A DNA stretch of 60,532 bases, from contig JAXLNO010003819.1 of the NCBI GenBank assembly GCA_038087875.1, forward strand, positions 372,001 through 432,532, given 5' to 3'. The notes beneath the pieces are model-generated. The model saw only the letters and a program-made list of their open reading frames with translations, had not been told where the DNA came from and made no database searches. How positions within the stretch are numbered: the first letter of the stretch is position 1; the number at the start of each line of letters is the position of its first letter. Origin of the DNA: Malacoraja senta. Taxonomy: Eukaryota. Positions 12,446-23,708 of this stretch are shown piece after piece. Position numbers and translations under genes: made by a program.

Positions 12446-13205
12446 GCCCTGCAGCTTCGGTCTGTCTCTCCGTCGCTTGATGCTAATCGGGTTATCGCGC
12501 ATATTTCATTAAGGTTTGAAACGTTTATCCTATGCACACGTGGCTCGCGAAATGAAAATAGGACACACTATGTTTTCAACGCCAATGAATCTGTGCCTGT
12601 TAAAGAGGAACCCGGGAACTAACGACCAGGAAGAAGTCAGTAAGTCAGACCAGACATGCTGGGCATGCAAATAAACAGCTCAGAAGTTGCTAAGCTAAAA
12701 CAGAATATAAAATGTTGGAAATACTTGATAGTGCAGTTAATTTTGCTGGAGAGAGAAACACTGTGTTGCGGATCCGCGGCCTCTAGAAAGGAGAAACATT
12801 AATTAGAAAATCTATAACAGTCTGTCTTCTGGTAGCTAATAAGGTCTAGGCAACAGCAAGGGTTGTATTTCTTTTCCGCTTAGCTTCATTGAGGATTGCT
12901 CGGGATTGACGCGGAAGTGACCTCACCCAGCATCAAATGACACCAGATTAAACCAGAGATTAAACCAGATAATTGTCCATTGAATTCCATTGGGAATTAT
13001 TGAGGGTCATGATTTATAGAGGTACATCTTCAGAGTCGGATTATTTTGCGTTGACGTTCTCCTCTCCCACATGACTGTTCGCAAAGACGTTCTGCATAGT
13101 GTGAGTCCGTGGCCCTTTCCACGCATGCGTTTGCCGGCCACAAATGCAACAGGTTGCTTGGGGGAAAGTACCCAGTCGCATTCACGTAGTACGCGGAGAA
13201 GAACC

Positions 13206-14376
13206 ATGGTGATAATAATACAGTTGCTGTTACTGTCGATGCACTGTGAGCATTGCTATCTATATTCCAATACTCGCGCCTAATAGCAAACACTCCGACG
13301 CAGCGTCGAAGGAATGGCAATACGTTTCAAAATAGGGATGGTGTGTGGCTTGGAGGGCAACGTCCACGTGGTGGTATTCGAAATGCTTTTGTTGCCATTG
13401 TCCTTTCAGCTCTGGTGGTGGATTTTCAAGATGCTGTTTGAGTAGTCAAACAGAATTGCCGGAGATAGAGAGCAGTCCGCCTTTGCCTATGCTCGCAGTT
13501 GCCATACATTTTAACCTCCCTTCCCACTTACTTATTGACCTTTCTGTCCTGAGCCTCCTCTACTGTGAGAATGTGTCCTCAAACTAATTCGAGTAACAGC
13601 ACCTCCTTTATTCGCTTGGGCAGCTTACCACCCTGTGGTATGAATATTGATGTATCTAATTTCAAGTAACCGTTGCATTCCCTCTCTCTCCGTCCCTCCC
13701 CCATTATGGTCGTCTTGCTAGCTTCACTATTTGTATCACCTTTAATTAGGACCTCGACCACAGCTTACAATGGATCATTGTGGGCTCTACCATTCGAATA
13801 TACTCTTCGGACCATTGAACACTTGTGATTTTTAATCACGAATTCAGCATTATATATAGTAATGCAACATTTACTCGACTTACAAGAAATAGGTTCATCT
13901 ATGCGGAGGGAAAATAATGGCGAATGCATGAAGTGAAATTTGTTCTAATTGTTTCATTAACTTTGCGGTTCATCGGGACAAATGTTCTATGACTGTTTGT
14001 CGACCGTTGTAGATTCACATTTGTTTTATGAAGTTAGGTTCACTCGTTAGCTTTCTACCTCTGTTCATAATACTGTTTCCTCAGCAGGTGCCCTTGCGGA
14101 CGAGGTGCTTCAGTCTCCCGCCTCGCTTACGGTCAACTCTGGAGATGTGGCGCAATTCAATTGTGTTTTCAACGCCTCGGTGATATCCGCCTTCTACTGG
14201 TTTAAAGAGGGTCGGAACGGGCGGCTGGAGCACGTCCTGACCATGCAACGCAGCGATAAAAATGTACTAGGGCAACACGAGATCATGCTGAGTGCTGCTG
14301 AAAATCGAGGCTATTTGGCTCTCAGGAGGACGGAAGTGCGGGACACAGCGCTGCACTTCTGTGCAATCCAGGGGCT
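13206..14376 (+). CDS. T-cell receptor alpha/delta variable segment V3 (leader + V exon), divergent, alpha-like length
   Basis: Leader 13206-13245 (MVIIIQLLLLSMH, T|GTGAGC). V exon 14088-14376 (tandem acceptor cagcag): CALADEVLQSPASLTVNSGDVAQFNC...FYWFKEG...DTALHFCAIQG. Perfect 23-RSS. Confidence 0.88.
13495..13810 (+). mobile_element. Penelope-like element fragment (GIY-YIG endonuclease C-terminus) in the V3 intron
   Basis: Translation AVAIHFNLPSH...DLSVLSLLYC, continuing in decayed frames as ..QHLLYSLGQL / GMNIDVSNF; recognised as the C-terminal pattern of fish Penelope-like element ORFs. Confidence 0.65.
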
Positions 14377-14415
14377 CACAGTGATGGCAATGAGTGGGGT
14401 CGCTGTACAAAAACC
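14377..14415 (+). promoter_or_regulatory. 23-RSS of V3
   Basis: CACAGTG + 23 bp + ACAAAAACC, exact consensus. Confidence 0.97.
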
Positions 14416-14589
14416 TCGTCTCTGGAACATTTCATCCTGCACGCCATCTTTCTTTACCCTACTGCAATCAGTCTAAAGACGACTCCCTTCGCCAATCCGT
14501 TCCCTCTAGAGATGCGGCCTGGCGGAAGGTTGAGAAGAGGCATAATTACCTAAATAGTATGATTAAACTTGAGTGTAACTCTGCAGGAA

Positions 14590-14735
14590 ACCCACGCGTT
14601 TCAGCTTGAGACCCTTCTTCAGGCTGAGTCCCTCTCAGCCTGAAGAAGGGTCTCGACCCGAAACGTCACCCATTGCTTTTCTCCGGAGACGCTGCCTGAC
14701 CCGCTGCGTCTTTTCCAGTATTTTGTGTTTATTTT
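14590..14735. repeat. Palindromic Penelope-derived short repeat
   Basis: 21-bp perfect inverted repeat (14608-14628 / 14634-14654), followed by the gatgctgcc..cccgctg motif. Family copies near 90-257, 15190-15410, 17140-17290, 23880-23950, 24155-24240, 24740-24990, 25900-26030, 28850-28930, 29945-30030, 36255-36340, 40140-40240 and 45430-45557. Confidence 0.75.
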
Positions 14736-16725
14736 CTATATATAAAATGAGTTGCGCAGCTTCTTCAGAAAAACATAAATGAAAACTGCGCAGCGCCGCA
14801 TTTTAAACCAGGAGTAAGTTGCCATTTAAAAGGACAGGGGTGAGATTTAATGGGCTTTATATACGAACAAGTGGAGAGCATATTCAATAATCGGCCGCAC
14901 TTAAATGTACGTGGGAGAAGAGAAAGCGATAGACGACTAAATCCTCGGTATTAATTTGATTGTTTCGGTTCAGGGTTTCCAGCAAGTGTTTGAAACCTCA
15001 TATTCTGTGATTTCACTGCGACTGTTGATCGCTGCAAGGTAAATCCCACTGACGCAACAGGAAACAGGTGCCTTCAGCTTAGGCACTGGACATAGCTGGT
15101 GGGAAATATGCGGTTTTTGAGAAAATTCTGCACCGAATCTCGGTACACGTGACACTAATCAACAAATACCAATACAAATAGCACCAGGTAGCCACAAAAT
15201 GCTGCAGTAACTCAGCTGGATAGGCAGCATCTCTGGAGAGCAGGAACCGGTGACGTTTCGGGTCGAGGCCCTTCTTGAGACTGAATAAGGGTCTGGACCC
15301 GAAACGCCACCCATTCCTTCTCTCCAGAGATGCTGCCTGTCCCGCTGTTACACCATCATTTTGTGTCTAACTTCGATTTAGACTTTCATCTGCAGTCATT
15401 TTCCGCACTAATAGTACCAAATCACCCCCCAGTTCCGTCTTTTCTCTGCGTCCCACCTGAATCGCTGTGTCCTTCTTAACCTCCGCCTGTCTGTTTCTCT
15501 CTCTCGCACTTTTCTGCACACTCTCTTATTTTGTCTCACTCTTCTTCTTGCCTTTACTAAATCATTCCGAATTATAGGCATCCACAACAGAGGGAGACTT
15601 CCCGATTCCAAGAGACTTCCTGACAATTGGGATAAATCAACGTGACCCTAATTTTCAATGGTATTGATGGTCTTATAACCTAATCAAGTTGGCAGTCCAG
15701 TGCATTTGGAAATAATTAGTTGTAGATCCATTTAAATTCCTTTATTTGGATTGTTGCTCGTGGAACGCCGGAGACTGCGGAGAGACTAGATGGATATATA
15801 TAACATTGTGAGAGACATAGATAAGGTACACAGTCAGAACACTTTTCCTCGGGTGAATGACAAGAGGGCATATGTTTAACGTGAGAGGGGCAAAGTATAG
15901 ATGAGATGTGAGGGTGAAGTTTCTACACCGAGGGTGGTGGGCGTCGGGAACACGCTGCCGGGGTTAGTGGTGGATTCTGTTATTGAAGTGGCGTTTAAGA
16001 TGCTTTTCGATAAGCATGTCGAGAATGGAGGGAGATGGATCATATGGAGGTACACGATATTAGTTTATCTTGGAATCAAATTCGGCACGGATATTTGTGT
16101 GCCGATGGGCCTGTTCCTGTGCTATACCGTTCTATGTTCTACGTAAATTCAGAAAATCGCATTGGAATTGCACACTTGGATAAGTTGTGGCAGGGTAGAT
16201 GCAGAGAGGTCTAAGCTGAAACCCGCTAATTACGGTGTCATGTCCTCTGGATAAGGAATCGCCATTTAAATTGAATTGACCTGAATTTTTGCAGTTATAT
16301 CTTCCAGAGGCTTGTGGGCCGTTTGTCGCGGATTTCTCAAGATTGAATGCAGTGGTCGCCAGGGGAACCAATGGACTGGACAGGGACGGAACCTGGATTG
16401 CGGCGAAGAAAACAAGGTGCTGCTACCAGGTGATGAAGGGAGAACCTGCAGGCACCGGCAATCAGTTGTAGGCCCCAGCGTTTTAATTTATTCTGAATGG
16501 AATTTGCCCCTCTCACGTTAAAGGCAGTTTTAACTTCATCCGGGCATCCGGATTTTTTTGTGGGCTATTTCCGCTGACGTCATTGTGGTTTTCAGCTCGG
16601 GTTCTGCTCACTCAGAGAAAACGTTTCCGAGCCAGTGCCTGTGGCCTGTTGTAAACTGCCGGCAGCGCGCAACATCTGTGCACCAGTAACCTACGGCAGT
16701 TATTCCGTGCGTTCACTTCACTGTC

Positions 16726-17023
16726 AGACTCTGCACCGTAATACGTCGCCGTGTCAGGCAACAGCTGCGTAATGGTCAATCTATAATCCGTCACCTATTG
16801 TTGGAGCACATCAGAAAATCTGCCTTCAGCGAAATCCGCCGTATATTCAGAGGCGTTACTCTTGTATCTCCCTAAACCAAGTTTGGGCCACCCACCTCTG
16901 TACTGGCGATATCAAACTATATAATATGCGGCAATGGGGTGTAGGTACAAGATAAGGTGACGTTCTGCCCCTCCGTCGCTGCGATTGTCTCCCGCTGCAT
17001 CAAGATGTCGACAGACCTCAGAT
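16726..17023 (-). pseudogene. TCR V pseudogene V4 (related to V8)
   Basis: Acceptor ccttactccag, then DLRSVDILMQRETIAATEGQNVTLSCTYT. Frameshifts; Trp41 mutated to TGA (YIV*YRQYRGG); ADFAEGRFSDVLQQ*VTDYRLTITQLLPDTATYYGAESD with Cys104 changed to Gly. Heptamer mutated to GACAGTG. Confidence 0.85.
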
Positions 17024-18019
17024 CTGGAGTAAGGGTAAACAAAAGTCGTGAAATTAATCTCAACGGTACAGAATAAACATAATAGGCAAGAATGAACACA
17101 TTGGCGTTTACAGAAAACAGAATTCGAAACAAAAGAAAGGACGGCGACACACGAAACTGCAAATGCTGGAATCTTGAGCAAATATCAAAGTGCTGGATGC
17201 ACAGAGCGTGTCAGGCAGTCTCTGTGGAGGGAAATGAGACACGACGTTTGGGGTCGGGACCCTTTTTCAGACTGCTTCCAAAAGGACGATGTATGCGCGT
17301 TTCCCCACACCCTCCCATGCCCCACTCTATCAGCTTGACTGCCGTTCCTTTCCTCCTCCCACCAAGCGCATTCTTGGTAGATGTGATCCACTAATTAACT
17401 ACGTGTGATCCACTTCACTTACTCCATCTAAGAATTCACATATTCTTCGCACACGCGATGAAATGGTATTTGCGGAACTTCACACTGGGTCATCAGGGAC
17501 AATCTGCCGTACTACTGCCCAACTGTTGCAAGTATCCACGCAGCCGAAAGGGTTCTGTTTGTGCTCATCTCTCGAAAATCGTCCGTCTCGCTTTGAGGGA
17601 TTACAGCGTTTCCCGGTAAATATTTCATGATGATTATAATTGCCCCGCGCTTCGCACGCTCTCTCAGTTCCGGTTCGAGCGTGTTCGCAGTGCGCCAGAA
17701 TCTTAGTAAAATTCGAACTCGTTTAAGACATTAGCTTTCCTACTCATGATCATTGTCAGCCACGGCGCAGCGTGTGCAAGGAGTCGCGTGTTTACCCTTC
17801 TTACCTGCCGGATCTTTGGGTTTCCAGCGACGACGCGGCAACCGTCAGAGGGATTGGGTAGGCCTGATGAGCTGGCATAACACGACATCCCGTGAAATAC
17901 CAATCGGAAGTCGCGAGTAATTCTGACTGGATCTTGTGTGACCTACCGAGCTGCCCCAGATGTACGTGCATGCTGATTTCAGAAGTTTCAGAAATTAAGA
18001 TCGGTGGTGAATGGCAATC

Positions 18020-18760
18020 TTTTTTTTTTATTTTAATTTTTTTTATTTTTTTATTTTTATTTATTAGAAGTACATTACATTACAACCACATACATTAGTA
18101 CTCGTCACTTATGTCTTCTTACAATTAATGTACTCCATTTATTTTTTACACTAGAAAAAGAAAAGATTGAAAGAAAGAAGAAAGTGAAGGAAAAAGTGAA
18201 AGTGTAGAAAATGTGACAACAAAAAAGGACGAAGACCCTATAAGAGCAAAATTAAAAAACAAAAGAAAAAGAGTTAAGAAATAGACCCTAGAAAAGAAAG
18301 AGAAAGAGAAAGAGGAAAAAGAGAGAAACAAATATTTTTATGAGCATTACGTAAATGGGACATACCAACTCTTCAACCAGCATCCCCCCTTACCTGACCT
18401 CAATTTTTTTTTAAAGTACTTTTGCACCCTATATTTGTAATAATTCTATAAATGCAGACCACGTCAGGTGGAAGTGATCTGGTTTACCTGCCAGGAGGAG
18501 TCTTATCTCTTCTAGGTGTAATGTTTCGAACATATTTGAAGTCCACATATTTATAGTTGGTATTGGAGCCTTCTTCCAAAATTTTAGAATTAGCTTTTTT
18601 CCAGTTATTAACCCATAGTCCATTAGTTTCTTTTGAAACACATTTAGTTCTGGGCAATCTTAAGAAAAATAGGTAGGAAGCTTATTTTTCAGATAGTAGG
18701 ATCTCCAGCAAAAGGAAGGGAACCAGTATCGCCAGTTGACCCCCTTTAGGAATAATTGCT
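18020..18760 (-). mobile_element. L1-clade LINE 3' fragment (same family as 5546-6975)
   Basis: ORF 18429-18641 (YGLITGKKLILKFWK...ETLHLEEIRL) plus an A-rich tail. Confidence 0.8.
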
Positions 18761-18764
18761 CTCT

Positions 18765-18935
18765 TTCTCCTTTCTGAGTTAGATAGAGCTCTAGGGGCTA
18801 GTGGAATCAAGGGATTTGGGGAGAAGGCAGGCACGGGTTATTGATACGGGACGATCATCCATGATCACAATGAATGGCGGTGCTGGGTCGAAGGGCCGAA
18901 TGGCCTCCTCCTGAACCTATTTTCTATGTTTCAAT
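18765..18935 (+). mobile_element. CR1 LINE 3' end
   Basis: Ends gggccgaatggcctcctcctgaacctattttctatgtt. Confidence 0.75.
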
Positions 18936-20409
18936 ATTTTTAATGTTTCTCATAAAGGGTCTGGTGACTGGGATGCTGACGGTTTTTCTCGTCACAATTG
19001 CCGGCTGAAGTGCTGAGTTATTTTCCACTATTAGTTCATTTTTGTTTCGGAGCTCCATCATTGTGGTATCGTTTGATTTGTATTTAACGTGACAAGTGGG
19101 CTCAACACATGAGACTCCCACACCCATCTCGTCACGCATCCCCACCGTCAGTAGCACTTTCCAACATCTGTGGCCTCGAGCAGGCCATTTGTCGCTATAA
19201 GAAATTTGGACTGCGGTAGTCGCAGTTCTTGACGCCTTCATAAACGTACGCGATAACGGCAGGGTATAGAGCCAGGTATGCCGTTCGGTAGCACGCATTT
19301 CTCACAGTCGTAAAATTCGTATTCCCAATCGCTATAGGAGAGACATTCGCAGCATCATTCAGGAAGGAAACAACCCCTTGGGCCTAGTCAGTGGTGAATA
19401 CAGTCCAATACTGTACATTGTTCCAATTTTATCCCTTGATTGAAGGCGGTGTTATACTCCGTTTGAATTGTAACCATTGTATTGTATTGTATTGTATATT
19501 GTATTGCATATCTTTATTGTCATTTCCTGAGTATTCACATACCCAGAGGAAACAAAAAATCGTTCCTCAACCAGTGTCCATTTCAGTGTGCAGTAAAAAA
19601 TAAATAGAAGTAAAAATACATATATCATGAACAAATTAACACTCTACTCTCTACTAAACATCAACAGGCGTTCCGATCGGCAGCGGCACGACAGTGGCTT
19701 GCTGCAGTGTGTCCAGGTTGGTGGTTGGTGCACGATACTTTGGCAGGGGGCAAAGTCCGTTTATCAGTCTTTCAGTACCCTCAGTATTGGATCTGCACCT
19801 TCACTGTAAGCGATCATATGCTGTCTAGTGACGTCAGCTGCCTTCTCCTTCTTCCATTCGCAAACGAAAGCATGAATGCAATTACGTCATCGCGGTTTTT
19901 ATGTCCGGATGTGAATTTCAGGTGCACTGATTCGCAGACACCAGAGACCCAGAGCCTTAGCTTGAGAACCTTGAGAAACAACAATAACATTGGAGAAGCA
20001 ACGACACGCGAAAAGAGATGTCATAGCAGGTGCAAGAGCCGTTCCGAGAAACGCGTGCTTTTCTTCAGAAGCCTTCTTGAATGTTTACCACGCGTTTATT
20101 GTTGTAGGTCAAGGACTTTCAGATCACATGCCGCAATTTCCTCTGTCATAACAATCCTGTGAAACCTGTGTAAATACATTTCTTATGACACGACCGGATT
20201 TCACCTCATTCACGACTTGGAGAGAATTTCAGGATCTGAATGGGTAAGAAGTTTGGAGATTTCAAAGAAAGGGCGAGTTAGATATTTTCCCGTCCAATTA
20301 GCCAGTGAGATGCTTGGCAGTGTAGAGCCAACGAAACATAACTGCGCGTCGGAACCGCCCACTCAACTTCCTCCTGTCCACAGCTGCAACCGCCTGTGAA
20401 ATCACGTGG

Positions 20410-20448
20410 TGTTTTTGTACAGGCTCAGCACCGCTTCGAGATGCTGTG
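20410..20448 (-). promoter_or_regulatory. 23-RSS of V5
   Basis: CACAGCA + 23 bp + ACAAAAACA. Confidence 0.93.
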
Positions 20449-21323
20449 GGACTCAGGGCGCAGTAATACGCTGCCGAGTCTTCCAGTTGTACTTCAGACA
20501 CAGTCAATAGGACGCTCCGCCCCGAATCATCAAGAGAGGTTGAAAAGTGTTGACCCGTTGAATGTTCCTGGCTTGAGCTGTACTTGCTAATCCAGAGCAT
20601 AAATTCCATGGGTCCACCGGGATATTGACGGTACCAGTACAGATACGGAACCTGTGTGCTCGTAGCTGTGTAGTTACAGCGCAACTCAACGTCGCCACCT
20701 TCGCTTACTGCAGTTGCAGCCGATGTCTGTGAAACGGAATCCCCCCGACAATACCCTGCAAGAGGCCAGAACGACATTAAATCAGAAAATATCGCTGTGC
20801 CGCCCGTACCATGAATAATATCATCATTCTCAAATTCCTACGTTCAAAATATATCTAAGGGATATAACAGCCGTGTATGAGCCCACATCAATGGACAGCA
20901 AGGTCCCATATCAGCTGAATTCCAGTTTGGAACCAGCCACCAGACAATACCTCCTGATTATCTCGTAATGTAAATGAAAGAGTCCATGGGGACTTTAGTT
21001 TCACCCCTCATCGGANNNNNNNNNNNNNNNNNNNNNNNNNNNNNNNNNNNNNNNNNNNNNNNNNNNNNNNNNNNNNNNNNNNNNNNNNNNNNNNNNNNNN
21101 NNNNNNNNNNNNNNNNNNNNNNNNNNNNNNNNNNNNNNNNNNNNNNNNNNNNNNNNNNNNNNNNNNNNNNNNNNNNNNNNNNNNNNNNNNNNNNNNNNNN
21201 NNNNNNNNNNNNNTTTAATAAAATATCAACTGCGGATGCGAAATGCAGACGCGTGTAACCCGTGAACTTACCGATTAAGAAAGCGGCTGAGAGGAAAATA
21301 GAACACCAATGAAATGTCAACAT
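20449..21323 (-). CDS. T-cell receptor alpha/delta variable segment V5 (leader + V exon), apparently functional
   Basis: Leader 21323-21272 (MLTFHWCSIFLSAAFLI, G|GTAAGT). V exon 20755-20449: GYCRGDSVSQTSAATAVSEGGDVELRC...YLYWYRQYPGG...EDSAAYYCALSP. The intron contains an N gap. Confidence 0.93.
21016..21213. other. Assembly gap (198 N)
   Basis: Run of N. Confidence 1.
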
Positions 21324-21524
21324 GCTTGCAGAGAGTTGTGGGCGGATTTGAACCGCCAGGGATGTCTATCGAATTTGTTTTATTATGGGTGTGAGGGGAA
21401 AGAGTAACCTTCTGCTCCTGATTGGTTAAATCCGGATATAGGCGGTAAGTGACACCCAATCGTCTCTGCGGAGAACTGTTCTCGATTCCACCAATCAGCT
21501 AGCAGCTGTGCGTGTTTCACATAT

Positions 21525-22170
21525 AAACATAGAAACATAGAAACATAGAAAATAGGTGCAGGAGGAGGCCATTCGGCCCTTCGAGCCAGCACCGCCATTC
21601 ATCGTGATCATGGCTGATCGTCCCCTATCAATTACCCGTGCCTGCCTTCTCCCCATATCCATTGACTCCACTAGCCTCTAAAGCTCTATCTAACTCTCTC
21701 TTAAATCCATCCAGTGACTTGGCATCCACTGCCCTCTGTGGCAGGGAATTCCATAAATTCACAACTCTCTGGGTGAAAACGTTTTTTCTCACTTCAGTCT
21801 TAAATGACCTCCCCTTTATTCTACGACTGTGGCCCCTGGTTCTGGACTGGCCCAACATTGGGAACATTTTTCCTTTATCCAGCTTGTCCAGTCCTTTTAT
21901 AATTGTATATGTTTCTATAAGACCCCCCCCATCCTTCTAAACTCCAGTGAATACAAGCCTAGTCTTTTCAATCTTTCCTCATATGGCAGTCCCACCATCC
22001 CAGGGATCAATCTCGTGAACCTACACTCCACTGCCTCAATCACAAGGATGTCCTTCCTCAAATTAGGAGACCAAAACTGTACACAATACTCCAGATGTGG
22101 TCTCACCAGAGCCCCATACAACTGCAGAAGAAACTCTTTACTCCTAAACTGAAATCCTCTTGTCACATGT
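21525..22170 (-). mobile_element. CR1 LINE 3' fragment
   Basis: ORFs LYGALVRPHLEYCVQFWSP...LGLYSLEFRRM and RGHSRRIKG; (catagaaa)n tail. Confidence 0.88.
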
Positions 22171-22511
22171 TGACTCGAGGCATGTTTCCGAGCTGCGAAA
22201 GAGAACGGGGAAAGATTCAGTCCCGCGGCAATTCGCGCCTGTTTCTCGAACAATTGTTTGGAACCTAGAGGGAGAAATCTGATACAAAGCGTGCCGCCAG
22301 TTGTGTTTAAATACGGTTTCCGAGGGAGAATAAAACCCACATGCTCTTTTCAACATGGGTTTAGTTCACGTCCTCTCATTGTCCCAAATTTAAGTAATGG
22401 GGTGCATCTTTGCTGTGTGGATCTGGATTGTTACCCAGTCTTAAACAATAATTGTCGATTAAGTGGCATTGAATTGAATGCAACTGCCCTGAGCAGAACA
22501 TCCGTAAGTGG

Positions 22512-22526
22512 CCACTAGAGGGCAGC
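22512..22526 (+). promoter_or_regulatory. Candidate CTCF-binding site
   Basis: CCACTAGAGGGCAGC matches the CCRSYAGRKGGCRSY core at all 15 positions and is preceded by TGG. Confidence 0.6.
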
Positions 22527-22928
22527 AACTGCCCGCGGCCAAGCAAATCGTTGCCATCTTCGAATGGCCGCGCGGGTGGTCCAATACTTACTTGCCAGAT
22601 TAGTAGACTATATTCGCCACCTGCGTATCTGATTGTCCAATTTTCAGAAGTCGGTCTTTTTCTGTGACGTGGTTTCGGCTCGATTCCCGGTGTGAGAATA
22701 GCCTTAGGTTTACGCCGTTTATGGAGTTAGTCTTGGACTAATCACCTATCGGTCATGGTACCTAACTTTAATTTCAACGTCGACGTTGCCTGGACGGTCA
22801 GCATAGCTTTATTCAGTCAACGCTCATCATTGCACAGTTCGTAACATTTACAGGCAAGCCCAGTTACGGAGCTCCTTCTGCAAGTATAGCCATGCCTATG
22901 TGTCTCGCGGTAATGCTATTCGAACAGA

Positions 22929-23000
22929 GGCGCGGTGGCCAAGTGGCAAGGCGTCGGTCTCGTAAACCGAAGATCGCGGGTTCAAATCCCGTCCGCGCCT
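22929..23000 (+). tRNA. tRNA-Thr(CGT)
   Basis: 72 nt GGCGCGGTGGCCAAGTGGCAAGGCGTCGGTCTCGTAAACCGAAGATCGCGGGTTCAAATCCCGTCCGCGCCT; all four stems can form, anticodon CGT. Confidence 0.92.
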
Positions 23001-23708
23001 GTAGCTTCCTTTAGCACTCTGTATTGTGGCGCCTAATTCCAATTTCAAACTGCACAAAGCGATCCCTCGGGTGCACCTGCGCTCCTTTTATCCTGCTATG
23101 AACACCACCCTTTAAAGCACGTTGCTCACATTTGGTTGATTCTCCAAAGTGAATCACAAAATCGAAGGGCCGAATGGCCTACCCCTGTACCTATTCTCTA
23201 TTGTCCATTGTCTATTGTCCAACATCGTGCTTTCGGAGTCGACATTGATTTCCAATGTTTTTGACAGCAACTGTTTATGATGTTGCATCGAATCTCGGGC
23301 AGATCCTCTGCATAAGTCAACCAGAGGACAGCAAATGCCCACACACCTGCCATCTAACTGTCGACTTTCATGGCGCAGGGTTGTTTGACAATATTCTTCA
23401 AGCGACGCGACTGCATTTATTATCAGTGTACCATTGCCCAGTGATCCGGATTGAGATTCAGCGCTTGTTTCGGGTTTGATTGCCGTTTTGGGAATAGCAT
23501 AAATTTACCGCGATTCCCGAGCTAGTCCTGGATGAACACCTTTCAGTCCCTTCCATCGCCCTCGATTTCGGCGTCGCCATCTCCACTTAGGCCCTTTAAT
23601 CTGTATCGCTGTACAACTCGATCCAGATGACAGGCTTTGATGTGTTTTATTTCTCGTTATCCAATGCACCTTTGTTTAAATACTCCAGACATCACCAATA
23701 CAAACACA

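Noticed and set aside
12927-12990. Leader-like minus-strand exon (MEFNGQLSGLISGLIWCHLML G|GTGAGG)
   Set aside because: No V exon found downstream, and the apparent donor overlaps the ETS-CRE motif of the V3 promoter; probably coincidental.
13924-13980. Alternative V3 leader (MHEVKFVLIVSLTLRFI)
   Set aside because: No phase-1 GT donor; the exon at 13206-13245 fits properly.
14088-14376. V3 as an IgNAR/NAR-TCR-type V
   Set aside because: Cys-Cys spacing of 66 aa retains the C'/C'' region (NAR V is shorter), there is no non-canonical Cys, and no adjacent D/J.
17864-17900. Possible hammerhead (CTGATGA...GAAA)
   Set aside because: The intervening sequence cannot form stem II.
19894-19931. RSS-like ATCAGTG + 22 bp + ATAAAAACC on the minus strand
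   Set aside because: Lacks the essential CAC, and no V-like reading frame precedes it.
22585-22600. U1 snRNA-like start (atacttacttgccag)
   Set aside because: Similarity ends after about 15 nt; it is simply the complement of a splice-donor-like sequence.
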